Source: Takakia lepidozioides (Eukaryota; Plantae; Bryophyta). From it: a DNA stretch of 64,000 nt. Shown in pieces: positions 1 to 13,244 of the stretch; position 1 is the stretch's first letter, and every line of letters starts with the position of its first letter. Both the position numbers and the translations under genes were made by a program. The DNA is taken from positions 83,514,001-83,578,000 of the forward strand of contig CM060731.1 in NCBI GenBank assembly GCA_030704615.1, read 5' to 3'. The notes under the pieces are model-generated. The model saw nothing but the letters and a program-made list of their open reading frames with translations. It did no database searches and was not told the DNA's origin.

Positions 1-109
1 TTAAGTGTCCTGCTTATGGAACTCATAAGCACTGCTGTGGGTCTTCATGGAGAACTTGTTGCCGGTCCTCCTGATTCTCCACAGTGTGATGTTTCACCAA
101 CCATTTAGG

Positions 110-2294
110 TCATGATCCCATAAGATCTTCTTCCTGAGCAACCTCATCCTCCACAGGTGCTGTAGTGCCTTTGCACTCTACCCCTTGAACCTCCTCCACA
201 GGTTTGGGCATGACTGGCACAGCTGGGATTTCCTTGGTCAGACTCTTCATCTTTGGTACTACTGATTCTCCGACCATGCCAGAGTTTTCATAGAGAAGGT
301 CACCCTTCTCAATTTCTGCCACTACCTGCTCTGTAGTGGGGATGTCCAACCCTTCTCCCTCCACAACAAGAGGCTCTAGTGTGACAGCATATACATTCTG
401 AGTTACCAGTGGGGCAACTGAGTCAACTGGCTGTGGTGGCTGCGGTACTGAGGTAACTTCTTTCTCCCTCTCCAAAGGCCGTGTTTCCAGCAACAACAGC
501 CCCCTGTGCTGCTGCTCCCCATCCTGCACAAGAGCTATGGAAACATCATCTTGTGGTTTCCTTGTAGCTAGTGGATCTGCCACCACAGTTGCATCCCGCT
601 TCTGTCTCTTGGACTAGTGCTGCCCCTCCAATCCCCCTTCGCCTTGTGAAGAGCCCTGCTCCTCAACTACAATTGTGGCTGTCTCAAACACTCCCATCTC
701 CTTGCGTTCTCGCGCATCAAGCAAACAAGAGTCAAAGATAATTTGCGTAATTATTGGGCCAGACACAATGATCGGGGACTTAGCAATAGTATTTTGTAAC
801 CACTTCATCTCCTCCACCAGACCATTGTACAGCATCTCCGCCCAAGCTACATCTCAAGGCTTTCAGTACCTCCTCCGTGAAAGATCTACTAAGGTACTGT
901 TGATTCTGTTTCATGGCAAACAGAATGTTCAGTATTTGGCCAACTTCCCTTAATCCTGGGTACTTGGCCTTGGTGCAGGTGTATCCCTGGATCCTAAAGA
1001 AACTCGTTTCTTGGAACAAATCCCCTATTTGCAATCTTGCCCTGTGCTCATCCACATTCACCTGACTAGATGGCAATTCGAACAGTTGTTGCAAGTACTG
1101 GGAAGTAATCTCTATATGCACTCCCTTCACCTGAGTAATTCCTGTCCGGGGCTCAAAGTTCTGAATAAATTGGATCATCAATCCCCGATGATGCAATGAC
1201 CACTTTTTGCGTAGCAGCCCTTCCAATCGCAACTCCTTCAGCAGCTACACTGCCTGTGGTGTAGCAATTGTCTGCTTCTGTAGAATCGTGGTGCTCTTCA
1301 CCCTGAGATCCTCCATTCCCCTAATTCTCTTCATCCCAGACAAACAAGAAGGCCTTGTTTGGAATAGTTGTAGGAAAGCTTGCAAGGCGTAAAGCATGAA
1401 AGTATGGTTGGCACATAATGGAACGGGTAAGTGAGTGTAAGCCTGTGGGGCTTGCAAATAGTGAGTGAGAGAGAATGTACTTTCACCCCGTCCGTCCTTG
1501 CGCCACTGCGTAAGAAGTAAAGCTAGCGTATAGTCTGTGATATCCGCCATAGCTACAAAGCTATAGCTTTGATTGCCCCTCCCGTCGAGACGCTGGTTAT
1601 TTGGAGCAACCCCTACTCTTCCGCTCATAACTTTTTTCATTTCTTGTTCTTGTTTCTTGGAGGGAACCACTTGCATGAAATTCATGTTTTGTTGCCTCAT
1701 CGGGTAACTTCCCAATTTTACCCCCATCTGTTCACATTCCCACTTGGAATGCCCACTAGGACAGCACATGTGGCAAAGGTCCCCCTTTGCTGTACGCGTA
1801 AAGGGTTCCGTTACCTGCCCCCTGGATGCATTAATGGTCCCGTAATTAGTTTCGGCTGATGTACCGGGTAGGTACTTTGACGACCCTGTTTGTCTTCTTG
1901 CATGATGGCGCCCGCTATCGCAGTTCATGCAATGCGGAGTGCTTTGCCCCTTAGGCCACGTGTTTGGATTCAAACACTCTCCCGTCTCCCTCTGTCCGCG
2001 TGGCATATTCTCCGAGTTTGACTTCCAAACTGTCTTTACACGTACCGGCCACTTTTCTGACATTAACCCGCGTCCACCTGTCACTGACCCTATGGACTGT
2101 GCAACCTGTGTGGGCTGTGTTGGGCTGTGACAGGCTGTGTCAAACTGTGGTGAGCTGAGATATGTTGTGTCAAACTGTGGTGGGTTGTGATATGCTGTGT
2201 TAAACTGTGGTGGGCTGTGATGGCTGTGTGAATACCCGTGTTCTCCGCTATGGCCATACACATTCGGCTTTACGACAAGTGCTTCATGCTCCAT
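110..2294 (-). pseudogene. Additional sense-strand ORF(s) downstream of Gypsy pol, function unknown
   Basis: Co-oriented ORFs 1245-2294 (349 aa, ATG about 30 bp after the pol stop, 30-bp tandem repeats, CHMCCPSGHSKWEC knuckle), 780-1232, 614-835 and 110-586. Confidence 0.5.
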
Positions 2295-2324
2295 TGGTGT
2301 TACCAGTGTAGGCTGTGACGGTAT

Positions 2325-3640
2325 CTATGTTCCAAGATGTAAATCATGCTGCAATGGTTTGTCATGGATACCACTGTATCCCTTCAACTTATTGGCATTG
2401 ACTCTTCCAAGCATCTCCTTGTTAATGGTTTGTAACATGGATGTGTTATTATCACACATCTTCTGTATGACATAAGGTCCTTTCCATTGTGACTTAAGCT
2501 TAGAAGCTTTAATCTTTCCCTTCTTCTGCAACCATAGTACCAAATCTCACGTCTTAAAAGTCTTCAATTTACCTTCATCAAACTGATTCTTCCTCTTCAT
2601 CTGAATTCTGGTCATGTTATCTGCTGCATCAGCACATACTTCTTCCACATGATATAATTCATGTTTCCTGACTTTAATTGGATCCTCCAATTCCATTCTC
2701 CTTCCCCATTCAGTTCTCATGGTAGGTAATAAGAATTCTACTTGAAGCAAAGCTTCCATACCATAAACTAATTGGAATGGTGTATACTTGGTGGTGACTT
2801 TATATGAAGTCTTGTATGACCACAAAGCTGTCAACAGCTTTGTATCCCAATCCGTTCTGTTTGCATTGACTATCTTAGCCAAGATAGTGCATAGTATTTT
2901 GTTGGTGGCCTCTGCCTGCCCATTGCCCTGTGGGTAATAGGTTGTACTCTTCTTGTGCACAATCATGAACTCTTTAATCAATTAGTTCTATGGTCTCATT
3001 AATGAAATGACTTCCCTGGTCACTGATAAATTCCAGGGGACAGCCAAATCTTGTGAGTATGTTCTCATACATGAACCTCGCTGTGGACTTAGTTGTGTTG
3101 TCCCTCAGAGCCTTAGCTTCCACCCACTTTGTAGTATAATCAGTGGCTGTGATTATATACTTGTTCTATGTATTCCTGGCTGGTGGATTAATTGGTCCAA
3201 CAAAGTCTAGTCCCCATTTCTGAAATGGTTCAGTAGGCATCGTAGGATGCAAAGCCAACTTCCCAGATCTTTGCAAAGGTCCTAGCCTCTGACACCCATC
3301 ACAACTCTTGCAATACTTGTGTACATCCTTGAACAAAGTAGGCCACCAATAACCTGCAAGTAGTATTTTTCTACTGGTAGTCTCCTCTCCAAAATGCCCT
3401 CTAGCCACTCCTTTATGAACTTCTTCCAAAAATGTATTTACTTCATGGTGGTACAAGCATCGTTTAAGAACTCCATAAGGTCCCAGCTTATATAATCTTC
3501 CCCCTATCATAGTATATGGTAAAGCCTTGATAGCTATTCTTTTCCTTTGCTCCTTCCCAGAACTGGGTGGGCACTGACCATGAGTAAGGTAATATCTGAT
3601 TGGCCACTGCCAATCTAACCAATCATCTGCACTTCCCTCA
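2325..3640 (-). pseudogene. Gypsy integrase (HHCC, DDE core, GPY), broken into three ORFs
   Basis: HKGVARGHFG...CKSCDGCQR; PFQKWGLDFVGP; YPQGNGQAEATNK; TPFQLVYG; WKGPYVI. Confidence 0.95.
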
Positions 3641-3698
3641 CTTCCACGGCAAATAAACTCGCGTCAGGTAGTTGGTCATCTACTCCCGTGGCGGCCTC

Positions 3699-5189
3699 TC
3701 ATGTTGAAAGGTGTGACAAGTGATCTGCCACAAGATGCAAACGGCCAGGCTTGTAAACAACTTTGAATTCAAACTCGTGCAAGATTATCATCCATCTTGC
3801 TATCCTACCACTTATCAAAGGCTTGTTCACCAAATAAATCAAAGCTTGATGATCCATATAAAACATAAAATTCCTTCCCAATAGGTAATGCCTGAATTTC
3901 TTGACTGCATAAATCATTGCCAAAGCTTCTCTTTCAGTAGTGCTATAGTTCCTCGCCGCACTGTTCAACAATCTGCTAGCATAGTACATAGGTGAATCTA
4001 TGTTTCCTATGACATTCTGGGCTAACACAGCTCCCAATGCTTCTCCTGAGGCATCACAATGTACATGAAATACTACATGCCAGTGAGGGTTAATCAGCAT
4101 AGGTGTAGTTGTTACTGACAATGTAAGTGCTTCAAATGCCTGCTGACATTTAGCTGTCCATGCAAATATTGCATCCTTCTTCAGAAGCTTGCTCAATGGA
4201 GCTGCCATCTGCGCATACCGTCTGACAAATCTTCTATAATAAGTAGTTTGTTCAATGAACCTCCTTAGACCCTTAACATTACTTGGTGGTGGTGAGGCTT
4301 TAATAGCCTCTGTCTTTCTAGGATCCACAAGCAGTCCCTTCTTACACACAATGTGTCCCAGTAGTACCCCTGAGTTCACGCAAAAAGTACACTTTTCTAG
4401 ATTCAGACCAGGACCTCTCATCCTGCATCTGGCCAAACATAACTCCAACTTCTGCAAGTGCTCATACTTAGAGCTGTACACACTGAAGTCATCTAAGAAC
4501 ACTTGCATAAAATCATCCAAATACTCATGGAAAGATTCACTTATCACTCTCTGGAAAGTTGCTGGTGCATTACAAAGTCCAAAAGGCATGACTTTGTATG
4601 CATAAGCACCCCAGTCAGTCATGAAAGCAGTCTTCCCCTGGTCTTTTTCCGCCACTTGCACTTGGTTATACCCACTGAAGCCATCCATGAAAGAGTACAT
4701 TTCATGGCCTGCCACAGTGTCCAGTACAACTTCTGTAAATGGCAAGGGAAAGGGATCTTTCTTTGTACAAGCATTCAACTTTTTATAGTTCACACAAACT
4801 CTCAGTTTGCCATTCTTCTTGGGAACTATCACAATGGGTGACAACCAAGTTGTATACTCTATCGGGTTTATGAACTTAGCCTCAACCAACTTCTTGATCT
4901 CTTCCCCAACCTTCTGTGCATAGTTGGGATTCATCCTGTACCTTGCCTGTTTGATTGGTATTGACCCTGGTTCTAGTTCAATCTTATGCTGGCAGATCTC
5001 AGGTGGTATCCCTTTCAGATCCTCATAGCTCCAAGCAAATACATCTTTGTATTTGAGAAACAGGCTCTTAGCTTCCTCAAAGAATTCTGGCTCCAAGTCA
5101 GCCCCTACTTTCACCATTCTTGGTTCCTCCTCCGTTCCCACATTCACTTCTCTCACCTGCTCTTCAGCTGTGATTGTCCATCCAGCCAC
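3699..5189 (-). pseudogene. pol: Gypsy reverse transcriptase + RNase H (496-aa open segment of pol)
   Basis: SPIVIVPKKNGKLRVC, MDGFSGYNQV, MPFGLCNAPATFQR, FLDDF, CDASGEALGAVL, RNYSTTEREALA, ADHLS. Confidence 0.97.
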
Positions 5190-5529
5190 TACTTCATCCT
5201 ATAGACTCATAGTGGCTGGTTCCTCTAGGATTTCTATTTCTCCCTCTCTTTCTTCATAGAAATGTGGTGGGTAACTACTTGTTTCCCCCTCAATTGGTGT
5301 TGTTATTACTGCACCACAGCAGATACCTTTAAAGCAACTCAGGCCTCCCAGTTGCATTTCTGCAACCTGCTCCCACTCTGGGTGTGCAGCAAACAGGGTA
5401 GCTTCCTGCTCCTCATCAAGTCCTCCCCTCTAGTCATACTCTCTGACTCCACGAGGTCTCCGTGTAGCAGGTAGCCTACTAGATTTCTTAGTGGTGACCT
5501 GTATCTTGTGCTTCCCATCATGCACAGTC

Positions 5530-6001
5530 AGTAACTGGGTAATCATGGAATACCCTGGCATGTTTCAGCCATGGTCGTCCCAGCAATAAGGAGTCTTCCA
5601 TAACATCATCCATTTTCAACACAGTCACTGTGATCTTAAAGCATCTGAATCTATATCTTAACTCCTCTTATCAAGCCTAATGGTCGTACACTCCGTTGAT
5701 CTGCCATTGTTACTGTGAATGGGGCTGGTTTCATGTTACTCAGACCAAGATTCTCCCTTAATTGATCTGTCATAATATTCACTCCTGAGCCTCCATCTAT
5801 CAGTACACCAGTCAAGTCTGTGCTTCTAATTCTCAATTGGATTACTGGCATAGAATCGTCAAAATCCATGACTGTTTCTCGCCCTTCAGGATTCACATTA
5901 TAACTTGTCACCTTGCTGCTCAGGTCTGTGTTCTCTGTCACATGAGCAATCTGGTTGATTGCTTGATACAGCCTGTGCCTACAATGAGGTGCCACAGCCA
6001 A
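5530..6001 (-). pseudogene. Gypsy aspartic protease
   Basis: VLIDGGSGVNIM active-site motif, followed by MADQ and a downstream LLGRPWL-like segment in another frame. Confidence 0.88.
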
Positions 6002-6043
6002 TAGCTGTCCAATGGTAATCTCAGCTTTGGATTGGCATATTAC

Positions 6044-7848
6044 TTAAGCCAAAGTCCCTTCATTACCCTGCACTTGTGAAGCCTCCTGCTTCACTTTCTC
6101 TTCACCTTCTTCATCTTCTCTTTCAGAGTCAGAAGAATCTGCCATAGGGATATGAGTATCCTTCTGCATTTCCCTTATATCAGCCACTTCCTTGTGCAGT
6201 TCCTTCTCATCTCTCCAAGCCTCATCATCTTCAGGCACATCACTGCCATCTTCATTAACATCTTCTTCCTCATCCACTGGAGGTATTAGTTTAGCTTTGC
6301 TTCTGGTAACTATCATGGTACTTACTTCTGGTACAAAACATGGCATAACCATGTGAGATGCCACTACCGGGCCTTCATTCACAGGAGTTCTCATCTCATT
6401 TTGATGTCTGATCCAGAATGGACAGGCTGCTTGGCGATGTCCTGCCTGGTTACAATAGTAACACAATTCTTCACCATTGGGTCCTCGCCCTTGGTCTGTT
6501 CTGGGATTATTTCTATAATCCTAATTCCCTAGCTGGTAATTCCCCCTTGGATTACCCTGATAGTTGCCTCTGGGATTGCCTTGGTAATTCCCTCTTGGAT
6601 TACCTCTCCCTGCCATACCATTGTTATATCCACCAGGCCTACCATAGTGGTCTTGATCATTGTTTCTTCTTGGCTGGGGCTGCACTTGATGCACCCTCAC
6701 TTGCCTAGGTTCTCTTGCAGCTGTCCTTATGTTGTAATAACAATTCTTAGTAGAATGGTTATCCATTTTACAGATAGTACAGTGTTTCTCCTTCATGTGG
6801 CATTCAGCTGTGGTATAGCCTTCATTCTGGCATTTTGCACACCAAACACCCTTCCTCCAATGTTTCAGCCTCTGTGGATATTTTTTAAAGATTTCTTCTA
6901 GTCTTTTCTCATAGTTGTCCCTCCTTCTTCTTGCTCTTCCTCTTGAGCTCTTGCTCTTCTTCCTCATCTGACTCATCTTCAGAGTCCTCATCATCCCTTT
7001 TATCTCTCCTGAGCATTCCCAATTGCTCAATTCTGTTGGCCGTTTCGAATGCCTCTTCCACTGTATTATGGGGTAGGATATCTATTTTCTTTTGTAATTC
7101 CGGTTTTAGTCCACTTACAATCCAGGTCTTCTATAAGCCCGGTGCTGGTACAGCAGCCAGCTTTTTCATCATTAACTCCATCTTTTCCATGTACTCTTCA
7201 ACAGTTTCATGCTTCTTTTGCCTTACTTGTTGTAAACTTCCATACACTTCATCCTCAGTTTTGCTTGTCCTAAACCTATTCAGGAATGTTGTACTAAGAC
7301 CATTCTTGGTTTAGGAAATGATTATTAGGAAACCTTGCATACAATTCACTTGCTTTCTTGATAAGTGAACAAGGAAACAGTCTCATCTTGGCATCATCGC
7401 CATTCTCATTGTTCACAATACACATGTGCTCAAATTGGCTGATGTGTACATCAGGATCCCTTTTTCCTGCATATATTGGAAAAGGTGGTTTTGCCCGTGT
7501 TGGAGGTACCGCCATCTGTGGCCCTACACCTTGCCCACTGATAGGTGCTGGTCCTTGCGGACCTGCTGTGGTGGAACTCCCACCAAGTGTTGGCCCCTAA
7601 GCACTCCCTGCTACTGGCCCCTCTGTACTTACAATATCCCCAGCTCCAGTTGCACTACTTCCCACACTCCCTGTCCCCCCAGAGCCAGATCCAAGCTGCC
7701 CGCCTGATCCCCCTGAGCCGACACCTTCGTTGGCCTGTGATTCAAGTGCTCTACTTGATCCAGGTCCAACAGGTTGGGATGTCCTGGTTGTAGTCTCAAC
7801 CTCAACTGTTGGGTCTACTTCTTCATACTCTTCATCTTCCAAATTCAT
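6044..7848 (-). pseudogene. gag: Gypsy gag (frameshifted) with CCHC zinc knuckles and a GNPRGNYQ repeat
   Basis: Capsid-like segment KPPFPIYAGKRDPDVHISQFE...KMRLFPCSL; knuckles CTICKMDNHSTKNC and CYYCNQAGHRQAAC; 24-bp repeat at about 6530-6610. Confidence 0.88.
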
Positions 7849-7949
7849 CTATCTGTTTCCCTCTTCCAAGTTCTTCTCTTGGATTTCTTCTTCCTCATTC
7901 ATATAACTCAACTGAAGTAGTGTTGGAGAGTCTAAACTCTCCGTTGGCT

Positions 7950-8169
7950 GAGGTTAGCTATTTCATGAGCACGAGCGGCATGAGCGGAGTAGCAAGACAA
8001 TCGGTTTTCATGAGCAGAAGTACAAATTTTGGAAATAAAAAACATAAAAAACATTATTTTTAATGGAATGTGTCAGAAAAAACCAATATAATATTCATTG
8101 TTTGAAGTAAAAATTGTAGTTTTGAGAGCCGTGCTCATGATATTTCGTCTTCCGCCCATGCAAATTCCG
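7950..8169. mobile_element. Isolated transposase-side terminus (T-end) of the family-1 MULE/ParB-MTase element
   Basis: Direct copy of 12811-13048; begins GAGGTTAGCTATTTCATGAGC; cut at 8170 by another terminus. Confidence 0.8.
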
Positions 8170-8360
8170 GGGGGTTGCTATTTCATGAGCGGCATGAGCA
8201 TGAGCGGAAAAAAAAAAGCATGAGCGGGCCATTGTGTGTCCACGGAAATAGGGTTAGGAGGCACGGAAATAGGGTCATGTGGACTCGTCATAGCAATGGA
8301 ATGCAACATTTTATTGCAAATTTGGTGGCAAGCCACGTCTATACAAGTGTGTCCTAACTG

Positions 8361-11300
8361 TCATAGCAGGAATGGGAACCTCTTTACTACACCCTCCGAG
8401 GAACTTGCCCCTCCTTCTTCCTCATCCCCCTCATCCCCCCCATCCTCCGAGCTCTGTGATGCATCGGTTGCACTATGCCTCTCAAAAATTCCGTCCTCTC
8501 CTTGGGGGACTGTCCACCTCACCTCCTGGGAATCTTCTGCCTCTTCTCCCCCACTTTCCTCAGCAGAATCCAAGACAAATCTACAAGCCCGACGGGCTCT
8601 AATAGCTGCTGCCTCCTCCCTCATCTTCATTTTCTTGAGGCTTGCCTCGTCTAAAATCTGCTGTACACGACTAGGTTCGGAAGACCTCCTAATGGACACC
8701 GAAGCAAGCCGGGCAACATAAGTAGGAAGGATGTAGTTCCTTTCTGGACTAGGCATGAAATCCCCCCTGGCAAAAAAAGGCACGTTCCTCCTGCCCATGA
8801 ACTCCAGTGTAGACGTCCCTCCTGCAGTACTTGGCATCCTACAGTAAGAACAAATCCACTTCAAGAATGTCAATACCAGCACAAGCAGAAAGGGTCTCTC
8901 AATGAAATAAGAGAGCGAAGGGAGGTGCCTCACGAAATCAGGAGGCAACTTACAATGCGACCACTCACTCGTAAACCGGGGGCTCCTCAGCCTCGATCCC
9001 AACTTGTTCCTCCCCCTGCTCCTTCACGGATTTTTCCTCATCCTCTGAGGATGCCTCTTCCTCTTTTGGCAGACGTTCAGCCGCTGCAAGTTCCAAGTTG
9101 TGGAGGGCAGTATCTGGCTCGAAGGCAAACACATGCCTGTCGGACAACGTCCCTGCCCACATTGAAGCACCTAAGGAACAAAGCGGGCGGTTAATAGCTT
9201 ACGGCATGCAAATTGCAATCGGGCCAGGGGACAAACTGAGCACGTGAAGGCTTACCCGTGCCGCATGTGAGGTCAAGAATCCGCCCTTGGACATCCGAGC
9301 ACGTCTCCATGAGGGTTTGGATGAAAGCAGGGCTCCGGGTCCGGCTGTACCGCCACGGTTTGCCTGTCTTTGTGTCCTTCGGCATACTGGAGTGGGGCAC
9401 ATAGTTGTAGAGGACATTGTAGGTAACAAGGTCCACAGCGGCATCAACAAGACGACCGTCGTTGCGGAATTTGAACGTAGACCCTCTCTTCACAAAGCAA
9501 TATGCCTCAAACACCAATGTCTGCACATCCAACAAAAGAGGGATCAACTCCGGGATCTAGTTTAGATACACCACAATATGAGGTGAATGCAATAGATTGA
9601 TAACTTACACTTTGGCCCTCTGTTTGCAACCCCTGTGTATTGATGCAAAACCATTTTCTGAGGAGGACCGGGGTGACACTTTTCGGTGTCCATCTTGCCA
9701 CAACATTCTCTGTGGTCTTCCCTCTTGAGGCAAGGACAACCACACATCCACTGTCATCCAGGAGCATCCCCGCCAGCCCAAACCTGGCTTTCCAGTAGTC
9801 CTTAGTAAACCTGTTCCAGGTGAGGACAAAAACCAGGCCCTCCAGCAGCTCCCCATCTGGAATGTCGAGGAGAATGATATCGCAAGCTCTCCCCACCTCA
9901 ACCCGAGTGCTCTTGCAATCTGTGCTCACAGCCGTGAAGAATTCCATCATGGCTTCCAAACCAGGGGTGTCTTTAGGCTCTGTACCGGCAGCCCTCTTCT
10001 TGGCTTTCCCCTTCTGCTCCTCCAGAGACTTGCTGTGTGCCACCTTCTTCGCCCTGGCAGCCAGAGCGTCAAGGAAGCTCTCATTGACGCATTGGATGAT
10101 GGTTGGGGGTTCTAGCTTTGGCCTGTGCGTAAACGTCACCACCGAATACCGCCGTGTAGGCTCGCCCTCAAATGCCAACTTCTTGGTAGAGCCAGTCCCA
10201 GTCCGAACTGACTTGGGAATCCGGATGACCGGTGACTTGGTAGCAGCAACAGCAGTCGCAGGACCTTGAACAAAGTCGTCGTCGGAGTCACTCCCTTGGG
10301 TCCCTTCCTGTGCCTCCTCCGGTGCCCCGATGGTTTTCTGTTTTTGGGGGGTTACTGTACTCCCCTGTTTCCGTGTCCTTTTCTTTTGGCCTTTATTCTT
10401 CTCATTCAATTTCTCCTGAATTCCTGCCTGAGCAAGCTCTGCCGCTTTCCTGGAGTTCGCAAGCGCTTTTGCCTCCTTTGGACCCAGCGGAGGCAGCGGA
10501 GCCCGGTTTCGTCGGGCCTCAGCATCCAGCTTCAATTGAAACTCGGATGGGTCAAGCAAGCCGGGCGGAAGGTCCACATACCAAGGGCAATCACGCAAAT
10601 GTTCCAGATGCCACTCCTTCACAATAACGTCAGTGTACATGGAGTCAGCCCCAGGGTTCCTCCATGCTAGGAAGAATGGTGGCTCGAAGGATAGATGACC
10701 TTTCTCCAAAAGGGACAACTTGCAGTACCTGCATTCATGAAAAACACATAATGAGGTCCCTGAACTGGAAATTCGGCACCATTTTCCCAGGTTGGGGCGG
10801 AACTGACTCGGCCTGGAACTGGAAAAATGGCGCCGAATTTCGGTTTTCGGTGCCAGCCACCCTAGGGTCTTAGCCATTTTGGGAGCATGAACTGGAAATT
10901 TGGCACCATTTTCCCAGGTCCGGGCCGAAAATGGCTAAGTCCCAGAACTGACTGGGCCTGCAACTGGAAAAATGGCGCCGAATTTCGGCTTTCGGTGCCA
11001 GCCACCCTAGGGACTTAGCCATTTTGGGAGCCTTGAACTGGAAATTCGGCGCCATTTTCCCAGGTCCGGCCCAGAAATGGCCAAGTCCCAGAACTGACTG
11101 GGCCTGCAACTGGAAAAATGGCGCCGAATTTCGGCTTTCGGTGCCAGCCACCGTAGGGTCTTAGCCATTTTGGGAGCATGAACTGGAAATTCGGCGCCAT
11201 TTTCCCAGGTCCGGGCCGGAAATGGCTAAGTCCCAGAACTGACTGGGCCTGGAACTGGAAAAATGGCGCCGAATTTCGGTTTTCGGTGCCAGCCACCCTA

Positions 11301-12810
11301 GGGACTTGAACTTGAAATTCAGCGCCATTTTCCAAGTTTCGGGCCAAAAATGGCTAAGTCCTAGAACTGACTGGGCTTGCAACAGGAAAAATGGCGCCGA
11401 ATTTCGGTTTTCGGTGCCAGCCACCCTAGGGACTTGGCCATTTTGGGAGCCATTAACTGTAAATTCGGCGCCATTTTTCCAAGGACTTCTTCACAAGTAA
11501 TTTTCATGCGCCAGATGAGGCCTCTAACATCCTAAAATGTAAGGACTTGAAAGGAAGGCATCGCGTATGTACCTGTACAGAAGGCGCATTGCTGCTTTGT
11601 CAGCGTTCGGCTGGTCGGTGAACTCGTGGCTCCGGCGGGCATGGGGTATCTCCCGAAAGAATAGGTCGGTTTTGTACAACAGAAAGTACCTCGTCACATA
11701 GTCGCGTAGGCTCTCTGCTGCACCAGAATTCTCCAGCTTGAACTGATGTGCTTGTGTGTCCAACTGCTCTTGCGCATTCGTCGTCACCTGTGGAGATTCT
11801 CCATCAAATCGCTTAATACAATAAATCCACCCCCTACAAGAGTAGAAGCGCCAAATGAAGCATGGGGAAGTACCTGAAACCACCATGTCATGCGGTTCAT
11901 CCACATGTCGAATGTGGGGTCAGACAGTTTGTCGGGTTTGGGGAAGCTCCACATGTCCCTTGTACTTTGGGAACCATTCCAGATTTGGAGCCACCGGGTC
12001 TGTCCAACCACCCAGCATATTAGTAAGCACCAAACACCACAAAAACGAGTTGTTGCCACAACAATTTGGTTAAGAATGTATCACCTTTTCTGTTGCATCC
12101 ACACAGGATGTGGCTAGACGATGGAGCTTCTCCAATGTCATCGTGGGCTTCAGAGCGCGGGAGTAGTGCTTCCCCACCTCCACCAGAAAGTCGGCACCAA
12201 GGGCGGGATCAGCTATGGCCACGTACTTTACCATCCGCGACTTGTACTTTATGCGGGCCTTCGCCTCCGCAGCTTTGAGATACGATTCCAGTGCTGGGAG
12301 GGTTAGTTTCTTCTCCTCTGACTCCATGTAGAACCTCCGCGCATGTGCCAAATCATGCTGAATTTTCGTCTGTCAAGAATGCGCACATAAGATTAGAAAT
12401 CCCGGTCAACATTTTTTTTTCTTTTGGGGGACTAGAGACAGATTAGCTAAACAAAACAGTAAGAGCTTTACCCGAAATATGTAGTCCACCATGGCGTCCA
12501 CGCTCAGCCTATACCAAGTTCTGTCTGCCTTTGCCTCCAACTTGCGCAGGAGGTCGGCACTTAGCGAATTGGCAAACTCTTGCACCCCCTGCTTCCCGAC
12601 GTCCTTCACTCGGAAGAGCATATGGGACAAGTTGGTGGCAATGAAGGCATTCTCAGTCACCCTGCAATGCCACATTCCCATCAAACAATACTGAAATGGG
12701 AATTTGCAACATATATGAGGATTCGCAATGAAATGACTTACAAATTTAAAGTCCAAAAGCAAGAGGCGTTGCAACTTACGAGTTGATGTCCGCCATTGCA
12801 GCTTTGAGAA
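8361..12810 (-). pseudogene. Companion gene A, 3' part: helical region plus beta-class N4/N6 DNA methyltransferase-like domain (multi-exon)
   Basis: Approximate GT-AG exons 12810-12780, 12661-12472, 12369-11874, 11787-11573, 10728-9608, 9520-9257, 9171-8968, 8839-8361. Motif IV-like CDIILLDIPDG precedes KPWRYSRTRSPAFIQTLMETCS-GRILDLTCGTG|ASMWAGTLSDRHVFAFEPD (motifs X-I-II). Stop at about 12070. Collinear homology with gene B. Confidence 0.8.
10755..11480. repeat. Intronic tandem array (about 146-bp units) built on GGAAAAATGGCGCCGAATTTC and its reverse complement
   Basis: GAACTGGAAA unit starts near 10889, 11035 and 11180; the array lies between the donor at about 11572 and the acceptor at about 10729 of gene A. 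Confidence 0.92.
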
Positions 12811-13244
12811 GAGGTTTGCTATTTCATGAGCATGAGCGGCATGAGCGGCATGAGCAGAGTAGTAAGACAATCAGTTTTCATGAGCAGAAGTACAAATTTC
12901 GAAAATAAAAAACAATAAAAAACAATAAAAAACAATAATTTAATGCAATGTGTCAGGAAAAACAAATATATTATTCGGCCCCTTGAAGGGAAAATTGCAG
13001 TTTTGACAGTTGTGCTCATGATATTTCGTCTTCCGCTCATGCCAATTCCCAGCGACATGTGCAAATATGGCGCCGAATTTCGCGGTAATAGGGTCCGTAA
13101 CCTGAAAAAACGGCGACGTATTTCGCGGTAATAGGTCTCTCTGGCGAAAAATGGTGCCGAATTCCGCGGCTATAGGTCCCCTCATGACAGGTAATTCGGC
13201 GCCATTTTTCCAGTGCATGTTCGGACTTAGCCAGTTTTCGGCGC

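Larger units (their letters stand above)
1..7949 (-). mobile_element. Decayed Ty3/Gypsy LTR retrotransposon, internal region (gag-PR-RT-RH-IN plus extra 3' ORFs); 5' part replaced by a DNA-transposon terminus at 7950, 3' part runs out of the window
   Basis: Domain order on the minus strand is gag/CCHC, protease, RT, RNase H, integrase with GPY motif, which is the Gypsy order. Multiple frameshifts and stops. Confidence 0.95.
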
